Assembly (NCBI GenBank): GCA_977017645.1
Contig: OZ360239.1
Location: forward strand, 29,078,001-29,142,000
From: Torpedo marmorata
Lineage: Eukaryota
Direction: 5' to 3'
DNA: 64,000 nt
In this document: positions 1 to 11,600 of the stretch, piece after piece
Layout of the letters: each line of letters opens with the position of its first letter
Position numbering within the stretch: position 1 is the first letter of the stretch
Program-made: the position numbers and the translations under genes
The notes under the pieces: model-generated
Database searches by the model: none
Told to the model about the DNA's origin: nothing
The model's input: only the letters and a program-made list of their open reading frames with translations

Positions 1-110
1 GAGCATCTGATACAGTAGATGACCCCTGCAGATTCACAAGTGAAGTGTTAATTCACTTGGCAGGACTGTTTGGGGCCCTGAATGTTGGTGTGGGAAGATG
101 GTGGTTGGCA
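1..110 (-). mobile_element. Old Penelope-like element fragment (GIY-YIG region), cut by the window edge
   Basis: Aligns by eye to 5038-5150 (gagcatc.gat.cagta.at...acaagtgaagtgtt..ttcacttg..aggnctgtttgggg), which encodes the linker/GIY-YIG start. Confidence 0.75.
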
Positions 111-1327
111 GAGACAAGTTGGGCTGAAGGGCCCTTAAATTCTACAACTCTCTGGTCTCTCCATTTCAGTATTACTGCTACCTGGCTGAGGATAATTACC
201 AATATTGGGACACCTAAATCTTCAATACCAGTTTGGCAACATTGAACTCATGTGCACCAACTGGCTTGCAAATCATTAGCAAGATTTCTTGGTCAACTAA
301 TGCATATCCCTACAAACCATTAGTAAAATGATGATTCAACATTTTGCCCAAGTGTAATAGCTGGTTTGAACATAGATCATGAAAATATCCAAACACTAAG
401 ATTTTCCAGTTAATAGATGATGGTAAATTGATGAGCTTAATTAATTTAATTTTACTGAACTCTGAAAACTAATTTTTACTGCTAAGCACGAGTTCATGAA
501 CATTCTCAAAAATGGGTAAACAAGAATTTTAACACAGAACTCAATTTTTAAGCCAACTATTCATATCAGTTTTCAAATTCTGTCACAGGGGACTTGGAGC
601 AGATAAAATCTTACCTGACCAGTGAAATGGAAAACCTTACAATGTGAATAGTTGGTAAAGAGTCTGGGCCAAAATAATCAAATTCATTAATAGCCTACAA
701 AATCAAACTTTATGCCCTGTGTATTTCATCAGCCTCTACTTTGGTGATATGAGCTCTGAAAGGGATTCATAACAAGATGTAAATTGATGGAAACCTGTGA
801 TTTGCTGCATACAGAAAGTCTGCCATTTAGATACCATGATGTGAGTCATCAGTGTCTGGGTCAAAATTGCCTGGTCACTCTTGTAAAATTCAAACACAAG
901 CTGGTGTTGTAAGCACTGAAAATTCCATTACAGCTTGCAAATGTTTGTAGATACTTAAGCACATCAGAGAAGAAAACTACCATCACTATCTCCTTTACCC
1001 AACCTCCCCCACCCCCTCCCCACAACTCTTTATACTGTATCTTTTCCCACCATCATTCCTCAGGTGAGGAGCCAAAATCTACAAAAGCAGCAACATGTGT
1101 GTTTTTTATTTGAATCCCTGCCAAAGTGCCTTACACAAATTTGTTCTTCCGCAGGTGGAGTTGGCGAGGTGTCACATAAATACTCTAGCATATGATAAAG
1201 AGCCAAATTAAACCACAAAGCAATAACATTTCCAAGCTAAAAGTTGCATTTTATTCAGGTCCATTGGTCAAAATCCAATCAAGTTGAAGGATTTCTCAAT
1301 TGTGTGAAACAATTTCATTTGGGCTGG

Positions 1328-1529
1328 ACCCCTGTTATCCGGAATTCAAGCAACCGGCATAAAAATTGCAGAAAATAAATACCGTAGATAGAAAACTACA
1401 GAAGTTCAAAATTGGTATGCCTTGCCGTTACTTCGCCAATCACGCAACACGCAATCTTAAACAACCAGAAAATTCACTTATCTGGCATCTACCAATCTCC
1501 AGAGGTGCCGGATACCAGGGGTTTTACTG
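1328..1529. mobile_element. Tigger/pogo-like MITE, left TIR truncated
   Basis: Right end ...ccggataccaggggttttactg followed by TA; left end acccctgttatccgg is its inverted copy lacking the terminal CAGTAAA. Confidence 0.6.
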
Positions 1530-3051
1530 TAGTTAGAACTCTTCAAACAAAAAAAGTGGCATTTTATTTCTAATTTTTTTGTCTCCTTGAACCTTCATTC
1601 CCACCGATAAAAAGTGCCAGTGTGCGTGCTTGGAAAGTGAACCACTGTGCATCCTGATCATTTTGCACCCTTTCACTTACCAACGATCTGACCCTTGGAG
1701 GCAGCAGGAACAGTGCCCACCACAAAATTACATTCAAGGAAGGGCTCTTCCCCACCTGTGAGTAACGTATCCCCAGCAAAGTTACAAATAGATGATTCCA
1801 AAATGAAAAACACTTAAACTGAATTAAATTGCAGTTGCACATTACTGAAAATGTACAAGTGCTCAAGCAACATTTAACATTTCGTTCTAATGCAGACATG
1901 GATTTCCCCAATGGCTCACAGGTAAAGCAAAATTCAGAATTTCATCTGAATTGCACGCTGATCCCAGAAAGAAAACAGCATTATCAGTGAAGTTTTCCCC
2001 CCTCCCCCTTGACCTACCTGTTTTGGGGTCCACATCTGCTGGTAAATGTGGTGGAGGGTTACCTGGTGTGAAGTGTTCATTGCTGTATGTTATCAGCGGC
2101 GTTAATGGGTGGACATGATGGGGATGCTGCACAACAGGTACTTTGTTAGACTGTGGAAAGAAAAACCAGGAGAGAAAGAGGGTTAGACAAGAGTAACCAC
2201 CCAATGAACCATGACTTAGCTTAATGACACTGAGCTGAAGCCAGGATATTGTAGGTGGGAGATAGGGGTGGGGAACACTTGATATTTAACAGCCTCTGCT
2301 TATCCTCCAACAGGGGATATTTTAATAGTTTAAGTGGTGCCAAAAAGCAAAAGACCTGTAATAGATGATGAATGGTTCCAAGTCAGATTTTATTTTGATA
2401 TACATCATCTCTCTTCTGTTATCAATTTAAAAGAATTGTAACCAAGGAGGGTAATTTAAATGGCTAATAAAGCAGCCATGCCTGTTACTATTTATTAATC
2501 AGGTTTTGATTTCTAAGCAAACAGTTATTTTATCACATCAAAAACAAAACAGGAACCATCACAAACTCTTGGAATTAGAATTTAAACGGCCATCTGGGGA
2601 GAGAAATTATTAAAATAACCAGCTTTCTTACAATGACAGATGACTGTGGACAAAATGAGAGATGCTTTGCTTTTTTTCCTGTCATTTAGCTTGGTTTACG
2701 AATTGCCGGGAGAAAATAAAACCTGGTCTTTCCACTATTTTGTTGACTTCAATGAAACGTACCCACGATACTCTTATAACCAATCATATTATAACAAACA
2801 CGAGACAATTTTGTATGATCAAATTAAATGAAAACAAGATAAAAATGATCATAAAATTACAAGAATGATACTTCAAGCAACACTCCATTAGATCAAATTA
2901 ATTGTAATGAAAAATTTATGGAAAAGCAATGGCTTATGGTACCATTAAATCTGCTTTATTACTGACATATTTTTTATATATTGCACATGTAATCATACGA
3001 GAAAATATGATTCAAATTTACTCCTTGGCTGACTGAGAATAGAAAATCTTA

Positions 3052-3172
3052 ACCATATAACACTACAGCATAGAAACAGGACTTTCGGCCCATCTAGTTC
3101 ATGCCAAACTATCATTCCGCCTAGTCCCATCCACCAGCACACGGACCAAAGACCTCCGTGCCCCTCTAATCC
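3052..3172 (-). mobile_element. CR1-type LINE 3' tail fragment
   Basis: Resembles the CR1 3' UTR pieces at 34770-34876 and 63545-63740 (acagca.agaaac...ttcggccc...ctagt). Confidence 0.55.
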
Positions 3173-4454
3173 AATAAGATTTAAGATTCACCATAAAGCA
3201 CAGTGAAAATTACCTACTTTACATCCTATTTTACCAAACCACGTCACCCGTGCAGCAATACCCAGTGATTATTACTTTTTACATCGTTCCCCCAGAGATA
3301 TTGAGATGCATTGACACAAAATATATTTTTTGTACTTAAAAGGCTGATGAGGATACTTTTGGATACAAGTTTTTAAAGACAACTGTTGAACGTAAAACCA
3401 TAATGGGATTAAATTATGGTGCTGTGAACACCAAATGTGCAACATCTCATTTTTAAAGCTGCTCAGTAAGTTCTGCATATTTAAAAAAAAAGACGACTGA
3501 TGTATAGGATTTACAGGACCAATACTGTTACTATTTGATATGGCAATAATCACCAGCAGTAACCAAAACCACAAGCTCCTTTTTTTTTAAAAAACAGATC
3601 CCATTGAAACAAATGAGATGCAAAACCTTGAACTTCAATATGAAGATTTCATCACAATGCCAGAGGGCATTTTAGACAGTGGAAATGGCAACCGTCTGCT
3701 TTTTAGCAGAAGGCTTTGTCCACTGGCATCATAAGCTTCCAGTAAGTCTATGCTTTGGAAAGAATTTGCTGCAAAATTCTGTGAGCAAACTGCAGGAGGC
3801 TATAGCTAGTTATTTACTGTCTACAGACTCTCCTGCTCATAATTGGCGCCTGCAACCGTAGTAATGAGTTTACAGAACGCATGGACAATGCTGAGTAGAT
3901 GATGATTCAGCTTCCTCTCCTTTATCAGCAAACTAATTTTGATTGTAATGAAACATTTACAAACAAAAAAAAAAGTCAATTAAGGCCCAACATAATCCAA
4001 CTGCAATCCATCTCATTTTATAGATTTCTTTGATCTGCACCACTTTCCCCTTCGAAATCTGCACTATATTAAGTAAGGCTCATATTTGAGTAGACAAGGG
4101 AACTTCAATTTATCATACATTAACACGCAAGAAAATAGTAGTTACCTCCTTTGCAAAGATAACAGTTCTAATGCGGACAAAAGAGTTTGGATTATTTCCC
4201 AAGGATATGGTGAACAAAAGAAGAATCTTCACAATCCATCTTTCTCTGCTGGACCAAGACCTGACCGAATATAACCCATAAACCAACTTCCCATAAATAG
4301 GAATTGATCAGATTCCCTTGCCATGGTTCAAAACACAAGTCGTCCAAATAAGCCAAATTCAACACATGCCTGTATTTTTTAAGATGATAAATAATGACGC
4401 TGGTTCTTTGAGTACAAAACAGATCTGTCACTGATTCCCTGTGACCATTTTATA

Positions 4455-5283
4455 GTAAAAACACAATGCTGGAGAAACTCAGCAGGTCAAACAGTGTCTT
4501 TTATATAGCAACGGTAAAAATACATACCGGTAACCATCGTTTCGGGCTTGAGCCCTTCATCAAGGGATGAAAAAATGTCAGCAGGCATCCGAACAAAAGA
4601 GTAGAGGGGGAGGTGTGGTCGCAAAGGTAGGAGGTGATAGGTGGAGAAGTGAGAGAGGGAACAGCAGCGATCAAGGGGAGGAGGGATGGCTAGGTGAATA
4701 GAGAGGGAAGGGGGGGGGAGGAGAACTGGAAAGGGGAAGGGAAGGGGGAGGGAAGAGGAGAGCAGGTTAGCAGAAACCGGAAAAGTCGATGTTAATGCCA
4801 TCTGGCTGGAGAGTGCCCAGACGGAAAATTAGGCGTTGTTCCTCCAATTTACGGATGGTCTTGGTAGGATAGTACATCAGACCATGGACAGACATATGAG
4901 TATGGGAGTGTGACACAGAACTGAAATGGTTGGCTACTGGGACGTCTCTGTCACTGGTGCGGACGGAGCGAAGGTGCTCAGCGAAGCGATCTCCCAATCT
5001 GCGCCCAGTCTCTCTGATGTAGAGAAGGCCACAAAGGGAGCATCGGATGCAGTAAATCAGTCCTGTGGATATACAAGTGAAGTGTTGCTTCACTTGAAAG
5101 GCCTGTTTGGGGTCCCAGACTGTAGTGAGGGAGGAGGTGTGGGCGCAAGTGTGGCACCTCCTGCGGCCACGGGGGAAGGTGCCGGGGGGGGGGGGGGGGG
5201 GGGGAAGATTGGTGGGGAGGGATGAGTGCACGAGGGAGTCACGGAGGGAGTGGTCCCTACGGAAGGCAGAGAGGGGAAGGTGT
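4455..5283 (-). mobile_element. Penelope-like (Neptune-type) element, 5'-truncated: GIY-YIG endonuclease plus 3' pseudo-LTR
   Basis: ORF 4767-5231(-): LIYCIRCSLCGLLYIRETGRRLGDRFAEH...PVANHF...LIFRLGTLQPDGIN; closely similar to 30705-31500. Confidence 0.9.
4531..4570 (-). ncRNA. Degenerate minimal hammerhead ribozyme motif in pLTR
   Basis: Minus strand cauccc-UUGAUGA-A-GGGC-ucaa-GCCC-GAAAC-GAU; cleavage triplet GUC mutated. Confidence 0.55.
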
Positions 5284-6171
5284 CTTCTTCCATTTTAAAG
5301 AGTTGATAGTCTTCTGACTAAGATGGTTCCAAATAAGAATTATGCCCACAAATAGAAGTAAAAATTATTTTTCATACCACATGCATACTGCGTTAAGTCA
5401 CAGCATCCATATTTGTTAACCCAATATTTATTAACTCTATATTGGCCTTTAGAGCCCCATAATTAGGGCAATTCTCAATTCAGATGTAACTTTAGCCACT
5501 CATGTACAACACAAAACTTAACAATAAGCAGCACTAAATGACTAATCTCAATAAAAAGAATCCAAAGAACAAAACATGAAATCTAAACAGATACGGACAA
5601 TCTGCATTTGTTTTGATTAAAATGGTGCATTATTGTGACTTTCCAGGATGTTGAATTTGTTTCAAAAGGAGTGAAAATGTTGGTGAAGTGGATTCAAACA
5701 ACATATACAATTGCCAGCTAAACACCCCAAACTAAATGGGAACAAAAAAAATATTTTTAAGTAATGCAAAGCGAACACAAGTTAAATATCCAAATATCAA
5801 TCTGAATCTCATTTAATCAATAAAAAGAGAAAAATGAGAAAAAGCTGGATAGAAAAACCAAGGGGAGCAAAAAAAAAAGCCAGAAAAAAATAAAACTCCA
5901 AGAGAAAACTAAGCACTATTTGCATGGATTTACATCCATTTAAAAAAAAAATACTGTAATAAGCATTGTTTATTCAGAAGACATCCGCCAAACTCACGTC
6001 AAGTCATCTCTTACTAAATATTCATCTCCCTCTGTTAAAATGCCCATTTGTGTCATGGCTATGAAATCCTACTGACTAGTGCTTCCCCCAAGTAAATTTT
6101 TTGAGTTTGCACTTTTTGCTGATAAAGCAATCAGGATTTAAAAATATCTTGTACAACACAGCTTATATCTA

Positions 6172-6740
6172 GAGGTGTGGTGGAAAGTGTGCTGACCGGC
6201 TGCATCACGGTCTGGTATGGGGATACCAATACCCCTGAGCATAAAGCCCTCCAAAAGGCAGTGGACACAGCCCAGGACATCACAGGCAAAACCCTCCCCA
6301 CTATTGAGAACATCTACAGGGAACGCTGCCGTCGGGAGGGCAGCAGCAATCATCAAAGACCCACACCACCCAGCACACGCTCTGTTCTCGCTGCTGCCAT
6401 CAGGAAAGAGGTATAGGTGCCACAAGACTCGCACCACCAGGTTCAGGAACAGCTGCTACCCCTTCACCATTAGACTCAACGACAAACTCAATCAGAGACT
6501 CATTTAAGGACTCTTACTTGTGCACTTTATTGATTTTCTTTTTGTTCTCTCTGTATTGCACAGTTTGTTTACATTCGTTATCTGTTTACAGTTCTTTATT
6601 TGTTTACATGTTTACGCTGTGTACAGTTTTTTTTTTTGCACTAATTAGTGGTAATTCTGCAGCGCCCGCAGGAAAAAAGAATCTTAGGGTTGTATATGAT
6701 GTCATGTATGTACTCTGACAATAAATCTGAAATCTGAAAT
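6172..6740 (+). mobile_element. Rex1/Babar LINE 3' fragment (RT C-terminal region + 3' UTR)
   Basis: ESVLTGCITVWYG...IIKDPHHPAHALFSLLPSGKRYR...TTRFRNSCYP; ends caataaa(tctgaaa)2. Confidence 0.85.
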
Positions 6741-7052
6741 AACAATGCAAGGCAGAAGCAAGCTGTAACAGAATGCAGCTCTTCAGATTACCGTATTTGA
6801 CGGCATATAGGACCCCCCTCCCCATTTTTAGCGTGAGATTTCATGAAAAAATTGTTTTAGTGCATTTACCTTCACAGCAGCAACTCGTCCTCCTGCCCGT
6901 CGAGGCTCAGGCTGCTTCCCCCCCACCGTCCAAACGCTAATTGATTGACAGGTGTGCCGGGACCTGCTGGTGCGCGAGGGTGGGAGGGAGAGAAGCCAAG
7001 ACAACGGGCAGGGCCCAGGCCCACCGTCGCGGGGAGCAGACAATCGATCGCT

Positions 7053-7295
7053 TGCTTTGAGGGGAGCGCTGGGCCTCGGTGATCAGGCTCGATGCTGAGC
7101 CTTTGTTTGATGCGCACGGCCCCCCGAACAGATTGAATGAGGCGCGGGTGGCAGTGAGCGAGCGGGTGGCCTGTTGAGCTGAGCTTGACAGGCCGCTCGC
7201 TCACTGCCACCTGCCCCTGCGCCTCATTCAATTTGCTTGAGGGTCCGTGCTTGTCGAACAAAGGCTGATCGAGGCCCAGCGCTCCCCTCAAAGCA
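7053..7295. repeat. Long internal inverted repeat (foldback) inside the MITE
   Basis: Arms 7053-7179 and 7183-7295; outer tgctttgaggggagcgctgggcctcg is perfectly complementary to cgaggcccagcgctcccctcaaagca. Confidence 0.9.
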
Positions 7296-7303
7296 CTGTT
7301 GGT

Positions 7304-7452
7304 GAGAGCGAGCGGGCGGGGAGAGAGCAGGCGAGAGCGAGCGAGGAGAGCGAACGGGCGAGAGCGAGCGGGCGGGGAGAGCGAACGGTAGGGAGAGCGC
7401 GGGCGAGGGAGAGCAGGCGGGCGGGGAGAGCGAACGGGAGGGAGAGAGCGAG
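7304..7452. repeat. Purine-rich GAGC/GGGC low-complexity tandem tract
   Basis: Repeated gagagcgagcgggcggg / gagagcgaacggg units. Confidence 0.8.
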
Positions 7453-8430
7453 CCTTCTTACCGGGGGAGTGAGTGGCGATGACTCCAGAAAGTACGGGCC
7501 ACCCAAGGGAAGGTGGTCCACGAAGCTGCAGGCCCGCTTCCTGGACTCCACTCGGTGCCCAAAATGGCGGCACCAAAATGTCACCTTCACATATAAGACC
7601 CGGGGTGGTTTTTGAGGCGATTTTTTTGGGGGAAAAAGGGGGGGTCTTGTATGCCATCAAATACGGTACATCATCAATGGTACAATAAAACAAAGTTTGA
7701 AAGTGGGCTACAGGGTAGTAACAGGACTTAGAAGTCGCTTGAGAGCAAACACCCTGAATTATGGGAGTGAATTTTGCACATAGTATATTGTACATATTCA
7801 CAAGTCACAGGAATGTAATACTGTTTATCAAAAAAGGTACATTTTAGGATAAGATGCCATCTCTTGAGACAAACATAATGGGGAAAACCTTATAGAAACC
7901 ATTAACTACTCATTTTTTTAAAAATGTACAGTTATAACATGTTTAATTTGTTAATTCAGCATATTATTCTACTAGTTCAAAATAATAGATCTGATCGACT
8001 TTTATACTTTTACATCTCAGGAAATGCTCATTTTCAAACTATCGAAAATTTGGCACAGGAAGTCAAGAGTCCACTCTAACATAACTGATCAGCAGTGGCT
8101 TCTAGTAACAGACAAAGCAGTAAAATAACCGAATGACAGACATGAAAGCAGTTATTAATAGTAGGTAGAGTTCAAATGACAGGATTCAATGAACTCTACT
8201 AACTTGCTTGTAACTATATTGATTTTAATTCAGTTCCCTGACACCGTCTCCCTAAACGGGCCAGTGCCTAAATTAACAGCTTGATTTTTAAATAGAAATT
8301 CCGAAAGTCTCTCACACACATAGCCTTGGTCACACATCAGAAACTGAATTCAGTAGCAACCAATAAATTTGTGCAAATACATAAAATCTAGTCGTGCACA
8401 AAGAGAGATGCAAAATGGGTTTTTTTTTTG

Positions 8431-8601
8431 TTGTTCGGGCGCCTGCCGGCATTTTTCCACACCTTGATGAAGGGATCAAGCCCGAAACATTGGCTATGTA
8501 TCTTTATCTTTGTTATATAAAGTACACTGTTTGACCTGCTGAGTTTCCCCAGCATTGTGTTTTTACTTCAACCACGGTGTCTGCAGACTTTTGTGTTTCA
8601 C
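8431..8601 (+). mobile_element. Solo Penelope pseudo-LTR fragment with hammerhead-like motif (8458-8498) and ~35-nt tail
   Basis: ccttgatgaagggatcaagcccgaaacattggctatg...ttgacctgctgagttt; reverse complement of 30671-30842. Confidence 0.85.
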
Positions 8602-11600
8602 ATTTGATCCAAAATGAGTGTTTAGTACGACAAGAATGAACCCACCCCAATTCTTGAAGGTTTTAATTTTGTTCCTTCTGCAATAAAGTAGAACAGGTAC
8701 AGATAATTTTTGACCAAAAACACCAAATGCATCTGACAAAATACAAAGCAAAATGACAATATACATAGAACATTTAAAAAGCACAACTTGTTATGAGACC
8801 CACTTGATAAGGTAAGATTATAAAGTGTTATTCTAAATTAACTGGACATGAGAGGCAGTATTATTCAGATTATGTCAATAAGTAACCATGATAATTTATT
8901 TTTGGAAGGGAAATGGATAGAGGAAGACATTACTATGGTCCAACTTCAATTATTGGATGAACTTAAAAACCTTGCAACTAAGCAGCTGACAGGACAGTAA
9001 AAATTGCAAATAGATGTTTATTTTTATTAATTGTCCTAATTTGTCTATAGGTTCATATATTAGCTTCTGGGCAGATAAAATAACTTATAAACTGCACAAA
9101 CATTGTTTTCTACAGTTTCCTCATAACATTTAAATAAGATTTGGGGAATGTTTCACCTTCTAACTATTCTTTGGGGTATCACGATCCATTGCTCCAGTTC
9201 AGGGATGTTAATTGGTTTGGTTCACTGGGCCTGCTGCATGGACATGCAAGTTTAGGCTTTGGATGGAGTGGACAGAAATGAAGCCTCGGGAGTGGCTGAG
9301 AGGAAGACAGAAACCATGGGAGCGATTCAGAAGGAGGAGAGGTTAGATGATTCAGGCCATTAGTGTAGAGGCCAGACACTGTGGGATCTGCGATATTGCA
9401 TCTGAGGCAAGACCTTAGATGCAATTATTAATAATACACACGTTTTACAATAAATGTCAATTTGAGCTAGTATATAGTTCAAGAGGTTGGTGTTATATTG
9501 GGATACATTACTCCTAAGGTGCATGAAATGCATCTCCAAAAACAGAATGTTGAATGGGAAATTTAAAAATAATATTTGCTGACAGGGCCACTATTTTACT
9601 GTGTGAAGTTTGGGTTTTATCGCACTTGATTTTTTAAACGGGTGGTTAGGAATCATTCTGTCTAATGCTATCCATTTTCAAGTGAAAACTTCAAACATTA
9701 GCATAACTGTCGCTCACTTCTGAAAGATCACATGTACAAGTATGAAATGTGCAGCTCTTTATACTAATTTTATAATAATTTTCCCCGCTATTCAATCACA
9801 TTTTATTAACTTCTCTCACTGCATTCATCCCCAGACCACCCCCTAACCCTGTAGTTTGCTATGGAGATCATACCCCTTGTAACCTTTTGGGAGAAATTTT
9901 CTTCTTTACTTACAACAAACTATGTTCAGTGGGAAGCTACACAAGATAATCTTATTGATACTTGTCGATTTAAAACTGTTATTTGGAATTTACATGAAGG
10001 AAAGAGGATGTTAGGATATTACGCTGTTGCCAAGGGAGGAAGTGGAGGAAATGCCTGTCGGAAATGGGTCTGTCCGTCAAACAGTGGTAGGAGGCAGGCT
10101 GTGAAGGAAACTCCTCCTCTTGGACCATTGCACAGCACTTTACCCAGGAAACTCGACAGTCAACCTCTGACCTTTCAAGTGTACTTAAGCATCACATTCC
10201 AAATAATCTGCAGTGTGAGATGTTTCACAAGGGTGGACCCTGCATAGCATTCACAATCAGGAATGTGGCAGTCAGAGATTGATTGAACACTCATAATCCT
10301 TCCCTGCTTTTTAAAAAAAGATTGGTAACCCAAGAGAAATGAAAGCTTGCCATTCACCTCTGATGTCATTAATCAAGAGGCAGGCAAAACAAACTGGAGC
10401 TGCTACGATCATCATTCTACCCTGTCCCCTCTTCTGAATGCACCCTATTGCGTTCATCGCAGTTCTGAGCAGCTGAAGAAAGAACGGGTCTGAAAAGTGC
10501 ATTTGTACTGAAAGTATAATAAAACAAAAGCAGCTACACAAGGGGTTTTGTCAGTCTGCCTTCCTTGGGCTCCAGGCTAATTCTGGCAAGTCCCATGCTT
10601 TGCTCAAATTACTACCCCTAAGCTTGGCTATACTCAGGCATGCCTTACTTTCTGGAGGTACTAATCTTAATGGTCTGCAACACTCGAGTCTCTTGTTGCA
10701 AAAGTCTGCTCTCTATTAACTCCTTGATTGTTGTAAGAACTGCAATTCTGAAAGGAGAACGAGATTGTCATTAAAAAAAATCTATCAATAATTTAATTTT
10801 ATTCAGCAGTTCTCATTGTCATAAGATAACTTTCTACACTAACAAATATTGAAGGTTTTTCTAAAGGACAATATTTAAATCCATGCATTTGTTCAACATT
10901 TTCTTTACATTGTCCCACGCCGAAAAGAAGTCCTTCACACTGAGTAAGCATTTTCTCCCAAATCTACTTTTCCTATTCTTATTTATACAGTGGTCTGAGC
11001 CCTTTCACAGTATTATATGGCCAGAAATGAACTAAGGTCTTGCCCTTTGTGAGCTGCCTATTGTTCCCAAGGACAAGGCCTTCATTGACTAATAAAACTT
11101 TCCTGCTCAGGAAGAGGCCTCTTGTCTCCACCAACAAACGTTGACAGGACCACTAACACAACAGCATACCGAGACAATACTGCACGGCCAGGCAGCACAA
11201 AACTGCTCCCGAATGCTCTCACATATTTCCAAGCTATTTCAGCTGTCAAGAAAGAAAGACCACTTTCTGGCCACCCAATTGTTGCAATTGTAAAAGCAAA
11301 CCCAAACTAAAATCATGTTCTGGAGCTTACTATCCTCTCATGGCATGTGGGAGAGAAGTAATGCTAATCCATTTAAAGTTAACCGTTAATTGCTCAATTA
11401 TACCACTGAATGATTTGAGTTTCAGTAAATCAGCTACCCTTGGGGTTGCATTCTCTGTTAACACCCCAGCATTTTTCCAAAACTTTCCCACCAAATAACT
11501 ATCTAGTGAAGTCAACATTTTAAATGACAAATGCATAAATTAAAACTATTCATTCCAACTCATTTCTTTCCATTACTGCCAAAATAGAAAAAAAAATGCA

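Larger units (their letters stand above)
6791..7666. mobile_element. Non-autonomous Tc1/mariner-superfamily (Tc2/pogo-like) DNA transposon
   Basis: TIRs ccgtatttgacggcatataggacccccc and (revcomp of right end) ccgtatttgatggcatacaagacccccc; TA at 6789-6790 and 7667-7668; no transposase. Confidence 0.85.

Noticed and set aside
5184-5204. Long poly-G runs (also ~20470, 43687, 49812)
   Set aside because: Homopolymer expansions or base-calling effects; no independent sign of function
6177-6507. Host gene exon
   Set aside because: Frameshifted Rex1/Babar RT C-terminus with repeat tail and other copies at 35.3 and 53.7 kb
6872-7801. 309-aa ORF on minus
   Set aside because: Spans the MITE boundary; low-complexity translation of GC-rich repeats with no transposase motifs
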